Counted from the first letter of the stretch, positions 28,415 to 39,050 are shown. The stretch is DNA of 64,000 nt from Hyphomicrobiales bacterium (GCA_031385245.1 JANNBH010000028.1:26540-90539); one strand, 5' to 3'. A program made the numbers and translations. The notes: generated by a model not told the origin, from the sequence alone.

Positions 28415-31400
28415 TCATTGCATTCGGAGCTGTATATCGTCTTCCAAGTCTTCCCGATCAGCGTCAAACTCATAGCCGCGCACCATTTCCATCAAGAGCT
28501 TCGAGTGCACGAAGGGATAGGTGTGCTCAAGTGCATCCGCCCACTTTCGATACTTGTCTGCAAGTTCGCGCTCTTGTGCTCCACCTCTACCGCGACTGTG
28601 AACCCCGCGAGAGTTGTACAAGCCCGTGCGTGCGCCGCTCATGATTTTTTCAGAATGAATCTCCTCAAGCACATCCCGCACAACTTCATTCGGCCAAATG
28701 CCATCTTCACCTACTGGTGAAGACGAGAGAAAATCGCCGATGCAAATGTCTGCCACATCAAGTCTACTCAATTTCTGGCACTGATGACGTACTGTAGAAA
28801 TCCATGCTAAGAGGTTTTCCTTTTTTAGAATGCCGTCCTTGTCGTGACCCGGTGTTCTGGAAAGAGAATGTAGAAGTTTATAACTACGATCTGCCATTTG
28901 GAGCGCATACTCGGCGGACGTTTGGTACTCCGTCGGATCAGCTCCATCGTCCTTGCGTTTAAATGCCCAAACAACTGCCTGTACGTACATTTCAGGGTGG
29001 CTCTCAATGTATTTTTCAAGATTTGAAATGCTATCCTGGTCGCCATCCCCCCACGCCTTCGAAAGCACTTCCAAATACCTGAACTCCAGCATAGCCTTCT
29101 GTTCAAGCGTCAGGTCTGGGCTACCACTGATCAGTTTCATCGCAGCCTTAATATTGTAACCTTCCAATTGGTAATGACTAGGCTGATCGTCACCACCATC
29201 AGCAAGTGCAGACATGAGACCTGACAGAAGGCCAACTTCTAGGTCTTCTGGCTTTAGGCTCACACATGCAAAAGCTGCCCTCGGTCTCTTAGCTGCCAGC
29301 AGCCTTTGGACGGCAACCTTGGCATCCTCTTTCGAGTCTCGTATCCATTCAACATTGACTTCAGACCAATACTTCTTCTGTGCTTCTGTCTTTAGTGCGT
29401 CAACAACATCCCATGTCCATCGCCCAAAGGGCGCGAGCTTTAGAACTTCCACCTTTTCTTCTTCCGTGAGTTCGTTACAAGCGACTTTGATGACATTCGC
29501 ACGTTCAATGTCACTTGGAAGAGCGGCCAAAAATGCGCGACATACATTCTTTTGGGCAAAGCTGGCCTCCTTGCCCAGCAGTGGCTCAATTGCCTTCGAT
29601 AGGAACGCTGGTCGTTCAACATCTGAGAGAACGTCTTTGGATACCAGCCAACCAGCTTGCCAAGATGCCTCACCAAGCGCGGCCAATTCCATCACCCCAT
29701 CAAAACCTTTTGCTTTGAATACTTTCTTGAGGGCATCCAGACGCTTTGCCGTGATCCATTCTTCGCGCTTCTCATAGCTTGGTGCGGTATCGTTGTAAAA
29801 GTCGTCAGCTGAATCTTCGATCCAAGCTTTTTTGAACAGCCATGAGTATTTTTGGACAACATCTTTTGGTTCGAGTAGTTCGTAGGTCTCTTTCGCCGTT
29901 TTTGTTAATACTGCCACAGTCGTGCTTTTGGCTAAGCGCTTTGCAGCCCTTCTCGATAGCACTGTTGTTCGTATCTTTTCTCTGACCTCAGCTCTATCAG
30001 TGTCAGAGATCTGGCCGTCTGCCCAAGTCTTAACTCGCTGCCAGACCTTTTCCTGATGCTCGGCGTGCAGGTCTTGAAGGCGAGCAATGAGATTGCAAAT
30101 CATTGACGTGTTGAATTCTGGCCACGCAAGTGCAAGTTCAACCATCGCTAGCCTAAACTCGTCAATTGGCGGCCATGTTTTGAGGGGTTCGCCAAATCCA
30201 TAGCCATCGCTACGCCACTTGGGTTTATGGCTGTAGTGGCCAATTTCATGGTTGCTGCTAAATTGTGAGATGCAGAGCTGCCATCCAATCTCAGGAAACT
30301 TTGTGCAAATCAGCTTTACCACGGCAATTCGAGTTGGTAGGTCAGCCGCAGTCTGTGGCATCCATGCTCTAAACGTTGAAATCAAAGAATTGATTGGCTT
30401 GTTGTTCCAGTTATCGTTGAGTTCAACTTCCGACAACTGTGCCAGAATTAAAGTGGCTCTCAGAAGTGTTTTGGGGTTCCAACACAAACCTTCAAGCGAC
30501 CAGAGGAGGCCGGTCCGACTAATTCTGCCACCAAAGTGATCTGGTGTTGCAGGACGCATCAGCTTCATGACTTTGGAGTTTGGAGATAATAGATCGTTCT
30601 CAATAAGAGACAGGAACGTCTCGGGAGAAGCTTCCGCATAGAGCGGCAAATCTCGATCAGATGCCTCCAGCTTTCGCATGTCAATTGGGTCGCCGATCAA
30701 CTCTCGCACAACACGGGAAGCCTCAAACTCAACATTAAATCCCAAGCGTTGTTTGAAAAGACTGTTGCCATGAACCGCAAGGAAGACAAATGTTTCCGCG
30801 ACACCTTTACGGAAAGCTCCAGAAAAGTCCCGTGTCTTGCCGTGCATAGCAGCTGCCCAGCGCTCCGACTCTGGCAGATCAAGTGATGGATCATCCTCAC
30901 CCAACACCATGCGCGCTAGTGATAAAAAACGTTCAAGATCGTTACGGGTTATGTGTTGCGCAGAACCAAAAATCGCGTCCGTCTTCGATACCACCCCACG
31001 GAACTTTCCGACCGACCACGCCGGAGCGTCGTTGAGTTGCAAAAGCTCGAGAACGTCCTTCTCAACTTGCTCATAGGTAGCAGCGCTAGCAACCAGAGTT
31101 ATACCAATTTGATCGGTTTCGTTGGTGCTATTCCATGCCCCAACAAATGCAAATGGTATAAGTTTGTTGGCCACTTTCGGGTTGGAAGACCAATCAGGCT
31201 GCTTAACTGCAGGAACCTTTGCAAGCCGACGCCTTAAGACGGTAAGCGAATGTCCAGATTCTGCCGACAATCTTGAAATGTCGTCACTTGTCTTTCCCAT
31301 GGCTTCAAGCGATTTTCGGAATGACTCGTAGTCTATCGGTTTCAGAATCACATGGGTGTCATCGTCGCTGATCTGGTTGCGCGGATAAACCACGATGCAG

Positions 31401-32542
31401 TGTTGTTTTCGTACAATTGATGCCATCTCGCGTTCGACTGCTCGATTGTGAGTTACGGCGATAAAGTCGTGAGCTCCTTGGAGGAGCTTCGGCAAGATAC
31501 CGGGTTTGTCAAAAACAAGAACGCGATCGCGCAACTTCTCTAATGTTTCTCCTCCTTTCGCCGTGAAAACTTGCGACACAAAAGCAAGTGCTTCATCGGT
31601 CGAGTCGGCAGTTATGAGCGTTGGACCATCTGAGTCTTTTGAAAACCGCAAGTTGAGTGACTGCTTTGTATCGTTTATGGCAGGCAGTAAAAGTTGATTA
31701 GACAAAGGCGGTTCAGCAACATCTGCCCAGTCACTCCAGCATGTATCTAGGGTCCGAACGCCATCAGAAGGAAGTACAGTTTCGTTTGCAAACCAAACCT
31801 GCGCGGCTATTGATTGTTCCATCCACTGTTCGAGATCGCTCGCATCAAGCACAACGACATCTGCCCACTCTTTTTTTGCCTTAGCAGCTTTTACCCACTC
31901 TTTTTTGCCACTCCACTTTCGCGGCGTTACAAAGACAAATGTGGTTTTGAGTCTTTCTTTCTTGGTTGCTGCTATGACGCTTTTTTCGAAGTCATCATCA
32001 GCTTTTGATTTTATACTAGCGGTGACTCCAAATTCCCAGCCTGATTGGCCATTCGGTACCCAAGGCGTAGCCGAAGACGCTGCAACCCAGCCATCCCAAC
32101 CTGGACGCTGTGAGTCATCGTTTCCGGGGAAGTCCACCTTGAGCAATCCGTTTGCAGTTGAGTTCACTAAAGTGCGAACAAGCACAGCAAATCGCGCTCT
32201 TGCGGAGATGTGTTTGGTGGCCCACTCTTCGATTTGGGTAGATGTGACACCCAGAAAAGGCACAACATACCTTGTTGTAACGTTCGGCACTACTATGGCA
32301 CTTGCTTCGCTTGCGTCGAAGTCGGCCTGAAGTTTGAGAAGTTCGTCTCTGCTATTGCCGAATGCCTTCTCTAGGCGTGCAGCCATGTCAGGACTTAAGG
32401 CAGCATTGCCGTTCAAGAGGTTTGAAAGAGCTGGCCTGCTTACCCCAAGAAGCTCCGCAGCTTTTGTCACAGTAACTCCTGGAGGAATCACTTTTGCTTT
32501 TATGTGAGTTCCAGGGTGAATATTTTTATTTTTATATTTCAA
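28415..32542 (-). CDS. HigA-type HTH fused to a restriction-endonuclease-like domain and long helical region
   Basis: HPG..IK..V...VT.AA..LGVSR..LS.LLNG..LSPDMA.RL (HigA); PGWDG..SGWEFG..KADDDF nuclease-like segment; 1375 aa. Confidence 0.7.
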   Translation of the reverse strand: MKYKNKNIHPGTHIKAKVIPPGVTVTKAAELLGVSRPALSNLLNGNAALSPDMAARLEKAFGNSRDELLKLQADFDASEASAIVVPNVTTRYVVPFLGVTSTQIEEWATKHISARARFAVLVRTLVNSTANGLLKVDFPGNDDSQRPGWDGWVAASSATPWVPNGQSGWEFGVTASIKSKADDDFEKSVIAATKKERLKTTFVFVTPRKWSGKKEWVKAAKAKKEWADVVVLDASDLEQWMEQSIAAQVWFANETVLPSDGVRTLDTCWSDWADVAEPPLSNQLLLPAINDTKQSLNLRFSKDSDGPTLITADSTDEALAFVSQVFTAKGGETLEKLRDRVLVFDKPGILPKLLQGAHDFIAVTHNRAVEREMASIVRKQHCIVVYPRNQISDDDTHVILKPIDYESFRKSLEAMGKTSDDISRLSAESGHSLTVLRRRLAKVPAVKQPDWSSNPKVANKLIPFAFVGAWNSTNETDQIGITLVASAATYEQVEKDVLELLQLNDAPAWSVGKFRGVVSKTDAIFGSAQHITRNDLERFLSLARMVLGEDDPSLDLPESERWAAAMHGKTRDFSGAFRKGVAETFVFLAVHGNSLFKQRLGFNVEFEASRVVRELIGDPIDMRKLEASDRDLPLYAEASPETFLSLIENDLLSPNSKVMKLMRPATPDHFGGRISRTGLLWSLEGLCWNPKTLLRATLILAQLSEVELNDNWNNKPINSLISTFRAWMPQTAADLPTRIAVVKLICTKFPEIGWQLCISQFSSNHEIGHYSHKPKWRSDGYGFGEPLKTWPPIDEFRLAMVELALAWPEFNTSMICNLIARLQDLHAEHQEKVWQRVKTWADGQISDTDRAEVREKIRTTVLSRRAAKRLAKSTTVAVLTKTAKETYELLEPKDVVQKYSWLFKKAWIEDSADDFYNDTAPSYEKREEWITAKRLDALKKVFKAKGFDGVMELAALGEASWQAGWLVSKDVLSDVERPAFLSKAIEPLLGKEASFAQKNVCRAFLAALPSDIERANVIKVACNELTEEEKVEVLKLAPFGRWTWDVVDALKTEAQKKYWSEVNVEWIRDSKEDAKVAVQRLLAAKRPRAAFACVSLKPEDLEVGLLSGLMSALADGGDDQPSHYQLEGYNIKAAMKLISGSPDLTLEQKAMLEFRYLEVLSKAWGDGDQDSISNLEKYIESHPEMYVQAVVWAFKRKDDGADPTEYQTSAEYALQMADRSYKLLHSLSRTPGHDKDGILKKENLLAWISTVRHQCQKLSRLDVADICIGDFLSSSPVGEDGIWPNEVVRDVLEEIHSEKIMSGARTGLYNSRGVHSRGRGGAQERELADKYRKWADALEHTYPFVHSKLLMEMVRGYEFDADREDLEDDIQLRMQ

Positions 32543-32707
32543 AATCTTACCTCAAAAATTGTCCTGCCAGAGCATTCATCTACCTTGTATGTAGTGTGTA
32601 GCGTTATGCTTTACAATATCAATCGAAGTAGAAATTTTGATTTTAGGAGTCTTTGCCAAAAAGTTTGGGCTGGCTCCTTGTCGACAGGAACCAGCCCGCC
32701 TCCGTTT

Positions 32708-32917
32708 TTACACGAAGGTGTCGGTGGGTTTATCGCGGGCATCAATTCGAATTTGGAGCCATTCCATCACTTCGCTCTCGATCCATCCAACTCGCGAACG
32801 TGGCCCGTTGCCTAGGCGCAAGCGCTTCGGAAATCGGTTGGCGTTTTCAAGCCTCTGAATATGTTGCGGGCAATAGAGCACTAACTCCTTGACTTGACGT
32901 TTTGATAGTAACCTCAT
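32708..32917 (-). CDS. AlpA family regulator / recombination directionality factor
   Basis: MRLLSKRQV..RLE...FPKR..LG...VGW.ESEV.EW; near the integrase. Confidence 0.85.
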   Translation of the reverse strand: MRLLSKRQVKELVLYCPQHIQRLENANRFPKRLRLGNGPRSRVGWIESEVMEWLQIRIDARDKPTDTFV

Positions 32918-33022
32918 CGCATTACTTCCTTGTGCTTGGAAGCATCGCGATGCCCCGTGGGTTGACGCCCATGGACGGCAGCAGCCTATCAGTGAGTTGC
33001 GGCCTTGGCGAGGGTGGCGAAT

Positions 33023-33319
33023 TTAATCGCCAAAAATGACCTCAAGATCGCGGGCACCATGAATGATACGGACGATCTCAACAGCGCTTTTGTTGGCGCG
33101 ATAGAAGGCAATATAATTCTCGACCGGAAAGCTGCGCAGCCCTGCCCCAAATTCATCGCGGGTGCGGCCTGCAAGGGGAGCGGTAGACAGCGTATTGGTG
33201 AGAGTGGTGATCAGCCGTTCCAGAAACTTATCGGCATTCACAGGGCTATTAGACGCGATATGAAGCCAGATCGCATCAAGATCAGCCTCCGCTTCCGCCG
33301 AAATGCGAACAGGTGTCAT
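33023..33319 (-). CDS. parE: ParE/RelE family toxin
   Basis: S.EAEADL..IW.HI, P..GR.R.E...GLRSFPV.NY..FYR, I.RI.HG.RD. Confidence 0.88.
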   Translation of the reverse strand: MTPVRISAEAEADLDAIWLHIASNSPVNADKFLERLITTLTNTLSTAPLAGRTRDEFGAGLRSFPVENYIAFYRANKSAVEIVRIIHGARDLEVIFGD

Positions 33320-33693
33320 ACAGCCTTGGAACTGGCCAAGCGTTCGCGCCCACGGCGTTTAATGTTGGCGAGCATATCGGCATTTAGTTCCTTACCGCCA
33401 TCTTGATCGAGCGAAGCAAGGCCAGCATCAATCTCAGTTTTCAGTTCCGTCCAACGCGTCCAAAATTCACCACGCAGTTTTTCAAGTTTGGCTGCTGATG
33501 TCGTTGGATTGGCCAGAATGTGTTTGGTGACCATATCATCAAGCAAGCTCGTCGCTGCAAGACGGCGCTGGTCTTCGCGAATAAGTGAACGCACATAATC
33601 GCTCGGGTTCGAATAATTTGCGCCCTTGGTGCGCTCCTTCACAAAGCGCTTTAGCGCTTCGGGGAGCGAGATATTCATGGTGCTTGTGCTCAT
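33316..33693 (-). CDS. parD: ParD-type RHH antitoxin
   Basis: TMNISLPE.LK.FV..Y...SDYVR.LIR; L..EI..GL.S; overlaps the toxin start. Confidence 0.82.
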   Translation of the reverse strand: MSTSTMNISLPEALKRFVKERTKGANYSNPSDYVRSLIREDQRRLAATSLLDDMVTKHILANPTTSAAKLEKLRGEFWTRWTELKTEIDAGLASLDQDGGKELNADMLANIKRRGRERLASSKAV

Positions 33694-33747
33694 GTTTTCA
33701 AACTAGCACAAATCGCTAGAATTGGCAAACTTTGGCAAAGTAGGATT

Positions 33748-34872
33748 TTATTTTTTGGCAATTAACTCAGCCAAATACTCCTCATATTGAGTGCTGGCCT
33801 GTTTCATTTCGTCCGAATAGCTATGGCGATTATAAACCGCGGCCACGCCCGAAACCGTTCCGGAAACATGGTTCAATAATTTCTCAGTGACATGGATAGG
33901 AACCGCGAGCTTGGCCAAATTCGAACTAAATGTGCGGCGAAGATCGTGCAATGTGTAATCCGCAAAGCCAAGCACCTTGTCGAACTCTATCTTAGACTTT
34001 GACCAACCCGAAAACGGAACGTCGGTGCGGCCTCTGGCAGGGAAGAGAAGGTCAGTCTGGCTGGTGATACCTTCAATAATTTCTTTTGCGAAATTGCTGA
34101 GCGGAATACGATGCTCGCGCTTATTCTTGGTGAACCCAACAGGGAAGGTAATCCACCCATCCTTAATCCATGCTTTCCGCAAACCCGCAATCTCACCGCG
34201 CCGCTGGCCTGTTAAAATCAGAAGCTGCACCATAGTGCCATAGGGGTAGCCCGTTTCAACAGCCCTGCCCCAAACAGCCTTCAGCTCATCCTCACTCAAA
34301 ATGCGCGCACGGCTGCTTGCTTTGAAGCGTAGAGACGGCACAAGCGACGTTTCAAGGAACCCTCGACGCACCGCCCAATTCATCATGGTTCGCATGGCAA
34401 TGAAAGCGTGTTGCGCCTCGCTGGGCCGCGATTTCAAGTTCGAAACAATTTCCATAATGTCACTTCGCGAAACTTCATTGAGCAATTTCTTAAACGGAAA
34501 ATGCTTTGTGAGGTGGCGGCGATACTCATTCAAAGTTGAAGCTTTGGTGTGATGGCCGCTGTCTTCAATAAACTGATCGCGAGCATCGGTAAATGACAGT
34601 GTTGCGCTTCGAATGATCTCCGGTTCCTCACCTCCAGCCACTTCACCAAGAACTTGCCGCGCTAACACCCGTGCTTTTGCCAGTGTCGTTTCAGGATAAC
34701 GACCTAAAGTTTTGAGCTTGCGGCGCTTGCCATACATCACGATGAAGCTCTTCGCGCCTCCAACTGAGACCCGCAAACCAAAGCCCTTCAGTGATCCATC
34801 GAAGAAGGTTTTTTGCTTAGTCGCACCTTCTGGGAGGGATAATTTTTTAATCTGAAGGTCTGTCAAATTCAT
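33748..34872 (-). CDS. Tyrosine integrase with arm-binding domain
   Basis: Arm domain GFGLRV..G.KSF; TGQRRGE, TKN, HDLRRT, LNH, Y catalytic set; adjacent to attR. Confidence 0.95.
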   Translation of the reverse strand: MNLTDLQIKKLSLPEGATKQKTFFDGSLKGFGLRVSVGGAKSFIVMYGKRRKLKTLGRYPETTLAKARVLARQVLGEVAGGEEPEIIRSATLSFTDARDQFIEDSGHHTKASTLNEYRRHLTKHFPFKKLLNEVSRSDIMEIVSNLKSRPSEAQHAFIAMRTMMNWAVRRGFLETSLVPSLRFKASSRARILSEDELKAVWGRAVETGYPYGTMVQLLILTGQRRGEIAGLRKAWIKDGWITFPVGFTKNKREHRIPLSNFAKEIIEGITSQTDLLFPARGRTDVPFSGWSKSKIEFDKVLGFADYTLHDLRRTFSSNLAKLAVPIHVTEKLLNHVSGTVSGVAAVYNRHSYSDEMKQASTQYEEYLAELIAKK

Positions 34873-34876
34873 CCGC

Positions 34877-34895
34877 TAGTCGCTTTCTAGTCGCA
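34877..34895 (+). repeat. Putative integrase arm-type site (right)
   Basis: TAGTCGCTTTCTAGTCGCA immediately upstream of the int start; matches 8413-8431. Confidence 0.7.
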
Positions 34896-35028
34896 TAAAT
34901 CACGTCCGCTAGGGGGTGTTTCAATGCTCAACTATATTCAACACTATAGAGGATAATTCACTGTAAATAAACAGTTTTTCTATCAATTCATTCAACTAAG
35001 AGAAACTATGAAAAAACTGAATATTCAA

Positions 35029-35074
35029 ACTTTTAATCAGAGGGTCGTGGGTTCGAATCCCGCTGGGCTCACCA
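35029..35074 (+). repeat. attR core of island 1
   Basis: Exact copy of tRNA-Lys 3' 46 bp. Confidence 0.95.
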
Positions 35075-35157
35075 TTTTAGATTATCTATGAAATTTTTAT
35101 GGTCGCACTACGAGGCGAAGTATCTTCGCTTCAGAAATATGCAATCTCTCCACTTCA

Positions 35158-35418
35158 TCACTCAACATAAAAAGCTTCCACCTTGCCTGACAACTTGACG
35201 GTCATAGGATTGCCGTAACGGTCCTTAGACTTTCCGCCAACTGGCGTGCGGACCCAGCCTTCTGAAAGACAGTACTCTTCAACATTAGTTTTTTCCACGC
35301 CGTTGAAGCGGATGCCAATTTGGAATGCGAGAACGGCTTCATTAAAATGCGAACTTTTGGGGTCAATGCTCAGGCGATCTGGCAAAACGGGTTTGGCTTG
35401 AGATTTGATGTCAGTCAT
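35158..35418 (-). CDS. DUF3297 family protein
   Basis: PDRLS.DP.S, GIRFNG.EKTNVEEYC.SEGWVR. Confidence 0.8.
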   Translation of the reverse strand: MTDIKSQAKPVLPDRLSIDPKSSHFNEAVLAFQIGIRFNGVEKTNVEEYCLSEGWVRTPVGGKSKDRYGNPMTVKLSGKVEAFYVE

Positions 35419-35541
35419 ACGCATGATTCCCTTACGACTATTCGCCTTCGTCTAAACCAATTTCAGGTATTTGTCGCCATGAGTCAAAATCCAACCCAAA
35501 TCAAAGCGCTAACCCCAAATTTTCACATGCATCCGCGCTAC

Positions 35542-36702
35542 TTAAATTGGCAAAGCTTTCTCAACTAGGCTGGCCCAGAACTGTGTGCCCTTCACTAAAA
35601 GCTCATCATTAAAGTCATAGCCGGCATCATGCAGGCCTTTACTATTGCCGTTGCCCATGCCGAAATAACAACCGGGCACAACATCTAACATAAATGAAAA
35701 ATCTTCTGAGAACATATAAGGGCCGGCCATCTCAACATGGCGTAATTCTTGGCCCAAACCAATGGCAACATCACGAACTATTTGGGCTGCTGATGGTTCA
35801 TTAAAACAGGCTGGATAAGAAATGCCCTGTCCGTACTCCACCTCCGCAACGCAGCCAAACGAGGCTGCTTGTTGTCGTAAAATTTCAGGAATTCTTTGCG
35901 CCATCAATTTTTGCATTTTTGGCGAACAGGTGCGAACTCCAATTTTCAGCGACACACTCTCAGGAATAATTGTAGCCAACACACCGCCGTTGAATGCGCC
36001 AACTGTCACTACGCACGGATCTAAAGGATCAGCATTGCGCGACACTGCGGTTTGCAGGGCCATCACTGCGCTGGACGCTGCTACAATGGGGTCTGCTGCC
36101 AAATGCGGCAATGCACCATGGCCACCAACGCCGCGAATTGTAACATCAACAATATCTACACTGGCGGTAATGGCACCATTTCGCACCCGCACCTGCCCAA
36201 CAGCTTCGCCTGGAATGTTATGAAGTGCGTAAATAGCATCTGATGGAAAGCGCTTGAATATGCCCTCATCCACCATGCGCTTGGCACCGCTAATATCTTC
36301 CTCTGCGGGTTGGAAAATAAAATGAACAGTGCCATCAAAATTTAAAGTTTCTGCAAGATAACGCACGCTGGCCAACAGCATTGTGGTGTGGCCATCATGG
36401 CCACAGGCGTGCATTTTGCCCTCATGGCGCGAGGCATATGGCAATTGTGTAGTTTCTTTAATGGGCAGCGCATCCATGTCCGCGCGAATGGCAATCACTT
36501 TGCGGCTGGTGCCATTGACTACAGTGCCAACTACGCCGGTGCCAGCCACCCCAGTGGTAACAGCAACACCCATCTTCGTAAGTTCTTCGGTCACAATCTT
36601 TGACGTGCGAAATTCTTCAAAGGCCAATTCCGGATGCATATGCAAATCGCGGCGCAGAGCCACAAACTCACCAGCAAATCCCATTATGCGATCATACATC
36701 AT
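35542..36702 (-). CDS. M20 family amidohydrolase
   Basis: H.HPEL.FEE, RADMDALP, MHACGHDGH, FQPAEE, SEDF. Confidence 0.92.
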   Translation of the reverse strand: MMYDRIMGFAGEFVALRRDLHMHPELAFEEFRTSKIVTEELTKMGVAVTTGVAGTGVVGTVVNGTSRKVIAIRADMDALPIKETTQLPYASRHEGKMHACGHDGHTTMLLASVRYLAETLNFDGTVHFIFQPAEEDISGAKRMVDEGIFKRFPSDAIYALHNIPGEAVGQVRVRNGAITASVDIVDVTIRGVGGHGALPHLAADPIVAASSAVMALQTAVSRNADPLDPCVVTVGAFNGGVLATIIPESVSLKIGVRTCSPKMQKLMAQRIPEILRQQAASFGCVAEVEYGQGISYPACFNEPSAAQIVRDVAIGLGQELRHVEMAGPYMFSEDFSFMLDVVPGCYFGMGNGNSKGLHDAGYDFNDELLVKGTQFWASLVEKALPI

Positions 36703-37388
36703 CGCTTCTGTGGTATCAGTTTTTCAACATACCCGAAAGCCTGAGTGAGTATGAAGGTTAGGATCATGTAAATAACTGCGATGAGAATAAGCGGTTCATA
36801 CATGATGTATGTATCGGATGTAATTTTGGCCTTGGCTCCCATCAAATCCATAACCGTAATTGTATAGGCCAGTGGCGTTGCTTTCATTTGGCCAACAATT
36901 TCACCTGCCAAAGTTGGCAGCACCTGATAAACAGCTCGTGGCAACCACACACGGAACAGAACCTTGATAGGTGACATGCCAAATGCTCGCGCCGCTTCCA
37001 GTTCACCTTTTGGCACACCTAAAAATGCACCGCGCATAATCTCGCCAACATAGCCAGCGAAGTTAAGGCTGTAGGCCAGAATGGCGTAATAAAAACCTTC
37101 CTTTAAAATAGGCCACAAAAAACTTGAGCGAATACCGGGGATGCCGGGGAACAAAGACCCAACACCATAATAGAGCAACCACAGCTGAATAAGCAACGGC
37201 GTGCCGCGCATAAACGTACAATAAGAACGCGCAGGAATACGAAGCCACCACGGCCCTGACACTTGCGCCAGAGCAATGGGCACCGATAACATTCCACCGA
37301 AAATGACAGACACAATCCACAAAACAACTGTGAGATATAACCCATGAAAGAGAAGCGGAATATAATGTGGCAGCCATTCCCAATGCAT
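36699..37388 (-). CDS. Polar amino-acid ABC permease (HisM/OccM-like)
   Basis: RGTPLLIQ, EAA loop GELEAARAFGM. Confidence 0.9.
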   Translation of the reverse strand: MHWEWLPHYIPLLFHGLYLTVVLWIVSVIFGGMLSVPIALAQVSGPWWLRIPARSYCTFMRGTPLLIQLWLLYYGVGSLFPGIPGIRSSFLWPILKEGFYYAILAYSLNFAGYVGEIMRGAFLGVPKGELEAARAFGMSPIKVLFRVWLPRAVYQVLPTLAGEIVGQMKATPLAYTITVMDLMGAKAKITSDTYIMYEPLILIAVIYMILTFILTQAFGYVEKLIPQKR

Positions 37389-37395
37389 GTTGCCC

Positions 37396-38148
37396 TCACG
37401 CCAAATTTGGTTGGCCGCGCCGCACGCGACGTTCAAGCCAAGCAAAAAACTGGTTAGATGAAATTGAGATGATCAAATAGATTGCCGCCGCGAGAAGATA
37501 GAACACCAGATATCTCTTGCTCCCCCCAGCCGCAATCCGCGTTACGTTTGCAAGTTCAGTAGACCCAATAACCGCAACCAATGCAGAATCTTTTGTGATG
37601 TTAAGCCAAAGGTTTGCAAGGCCAGGAATAGCAAAAGGTAACATGGCTGGCAGAACGATGCGCCTGAACCGCAAAAGGCTAGGCATTCCATAAGCTTTGG
37701 CAGCCTCTACTTGCCCAACTGGAACAGCTTGAATGGCCGCGCGCAAAACTTCCGTAGAATAAGCCCCTTGCACAATGCCAAGCACAAAAATTGCAGCAAG
37801 CAATGGGTTCACTGATATTGGGTCAAAGCCCATCGCCATAAGCAAAACATTTAAGCTGTCAGTGCCGGCATAATAAAGCAGGAGGATCAGAACCAACTCC
37901 GGAACGGCTCGAAACAAAGTGGTATAGCCATTCAATAAATACTTCGTCCAAATGCCACCCGAAAGCTTGCCCACCGCGCCAAGCAAGCCAAGTGTGCAGC
38001 CTACGGCATACCCAAAAATCGAAATTTGGATTGTACTCAATGCCCCCCAGAACAGCTCATCCAAATAGCCTTTATTGCCATATGACAAAAGTTCGGAAAG
38101 CGGTGCAGCTGCTAATATCAAAACAGTCTCCAATGAAACAAGGGCCAC
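37396..38148 (-). CDS. Polar amino-acid ABC permease (HisQ/OccQ-like)
   Basis: RAVPELV, GQVEAAKAYGM, K.SALV. Confidence 0.9.
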   Translation of the reverse strand: MALVSLETVLILAAAPLSELLSYGNKGYLDELFWGALSTIQISIFGYAVGCTLGLLGAVGKLSGGIWTKYLLNGYTTLFRAVPELVLILLLYYAGTDSLNVLLMAMGFDPISVNPLLAAIFVLGIVQGAYSTEVLRAAIQAVPVGQVEAAKAYGMPSLLRFRRIVLPAMLPFAIPGLANLWLNITKDSALVAVIGSTELANVTRIAAGGSKRYLVFYLLAAAIYLIISISSNQFFAWLERRVRRGQPNLA

Positions 38149-38169
38149 TTGTTAAAGTGGCCCGTGCAA

Positions 38170-38958
38170 TTATTTCATATCCTTTGGCAAAACCAACTTG
38201 CCCGTCAAGTTCCACTTCGCCGTATTTTCTTCAAAGAAACCTTTGTCGGAAAGTGAACCGATGGCAGCGTTGATTTTTTCCAGCAAGGCAGTGTCTTCTT
38301 TGCGAATTCCAACACCAACGCCAGGTCCTAAAATTTCAACATCAATTGGCACACCACCTTTTTGTTCACAGCAAGCACCAGCTTCGGAAGCCAAATAAGC
38401 ACCGAGTGTCACGCCATCAGCCATGATGTAGTCTACACGGCCAGCGGTTAAATCGGCATTGGCTTCGTCTTGGCCAGCGTATGATTTAATGTCTGAAGTC
38501 TTGTAGTATTTTTCAAGATAATTGGCGTGGGTGGTGGCACCTTGAACACCAATGGTTTTTCCGGCCAAATGTTCTGGCGAAAAATCTTTGTCGTCACTTT
38601 TTGCGCCGATGATTACTGCGGCAGAATTATAGTAGATGCGCGAATAATTGATGGTCTTCATGCGCTCTGGTGTCACCGACATTGAAGACAAAATACCATC
38701 AAATTTCTTGCTGGTGAGAGCTGGAATAATGCCATCCCACGCAGTTGGTTCAAATGCACAAGTTTCTTTCATTTCAGCGCATAATGCGGCCATAAAATCA
38801 GCTTCCCAGCCAACAATAACACCCGCAGTATCTTGTGATGTGAAGGGAGGATATGGAGAAACATCCACACCAAACTTCAAATCTGCAAATGCTGGCGTTG
38901 CCCCAAACACGGATGCCGCAGCAACAGCTGCTAACAACATTCTCTTAGTATATTTCAT
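38170..38958 (-). CDS. Polar amino-acid ABC substrate-binding protein
   Basis: Signal peptide, YPPF, WDGIIPAL..KKFD, GVQ..T. Confidence 0.92.
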   Translation of the reverse strand: MKYTKRMLLAAVAAASVFGATPAFADLKFGVDVSPYPPFTSQDTAGVIVGWEADFMAALCAEMKETCAFEPTAWDGIIPALTSKKFDGILSSMSVTPERMKTINYSRIYYNSAAVIIGAKSDDKDFSPEHLAGKTIGVQGATTHANYLEKYYKTSDIKSYAGQDEANADLTAGRVDYIMADGVTLGAYLASEAGACCEQKGGVPIDVEILGPGVGVGIRKEDTALLEKINAAIGSLSDKGFFEENTAKWNLTGKLVLPKDMK

Positions 38959-39050
38959 TTGTATAACTCCCTCGTTTAAACTTTAGTTTCAGTATCAAAG
39001 TTATCGAAGCAGACACCCCCCGACTGTTTCGTATTATCGTGCCACATCCA

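Larger units (their letters stand above)
8320..35074. mobile_element. Island 1: integrative (probably mobilizable) element in tRNA-Lys
   Basis: 46-bp direct repeat of tRNA 3' half at 8320-8365 and 35029-35074; tyrosine integrase and AlpA at right end; primase-like, replication-relaxation and coupling-like genes; TA modules. Confidence 0.93.

Noticed and set aside
27688-28720. Several overlapping ORFs across the structured region
   Set aside because: Antisense to real genes or running through GC-rich inverted repeats; no RBS or family motifs
8366-35028. Prophage or full ICE interpretation
   Set aside because: No capsid, terminase, tail or VirB mating-pair genes recognisable between the att sites
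35029-35074. Second tRNA-Lys (likewise a second tRNA-Thr at 62051-62097)
   Set aside because: Only the 3' halves are present, with no acceptor 5' strand or D arm; these are attR sites
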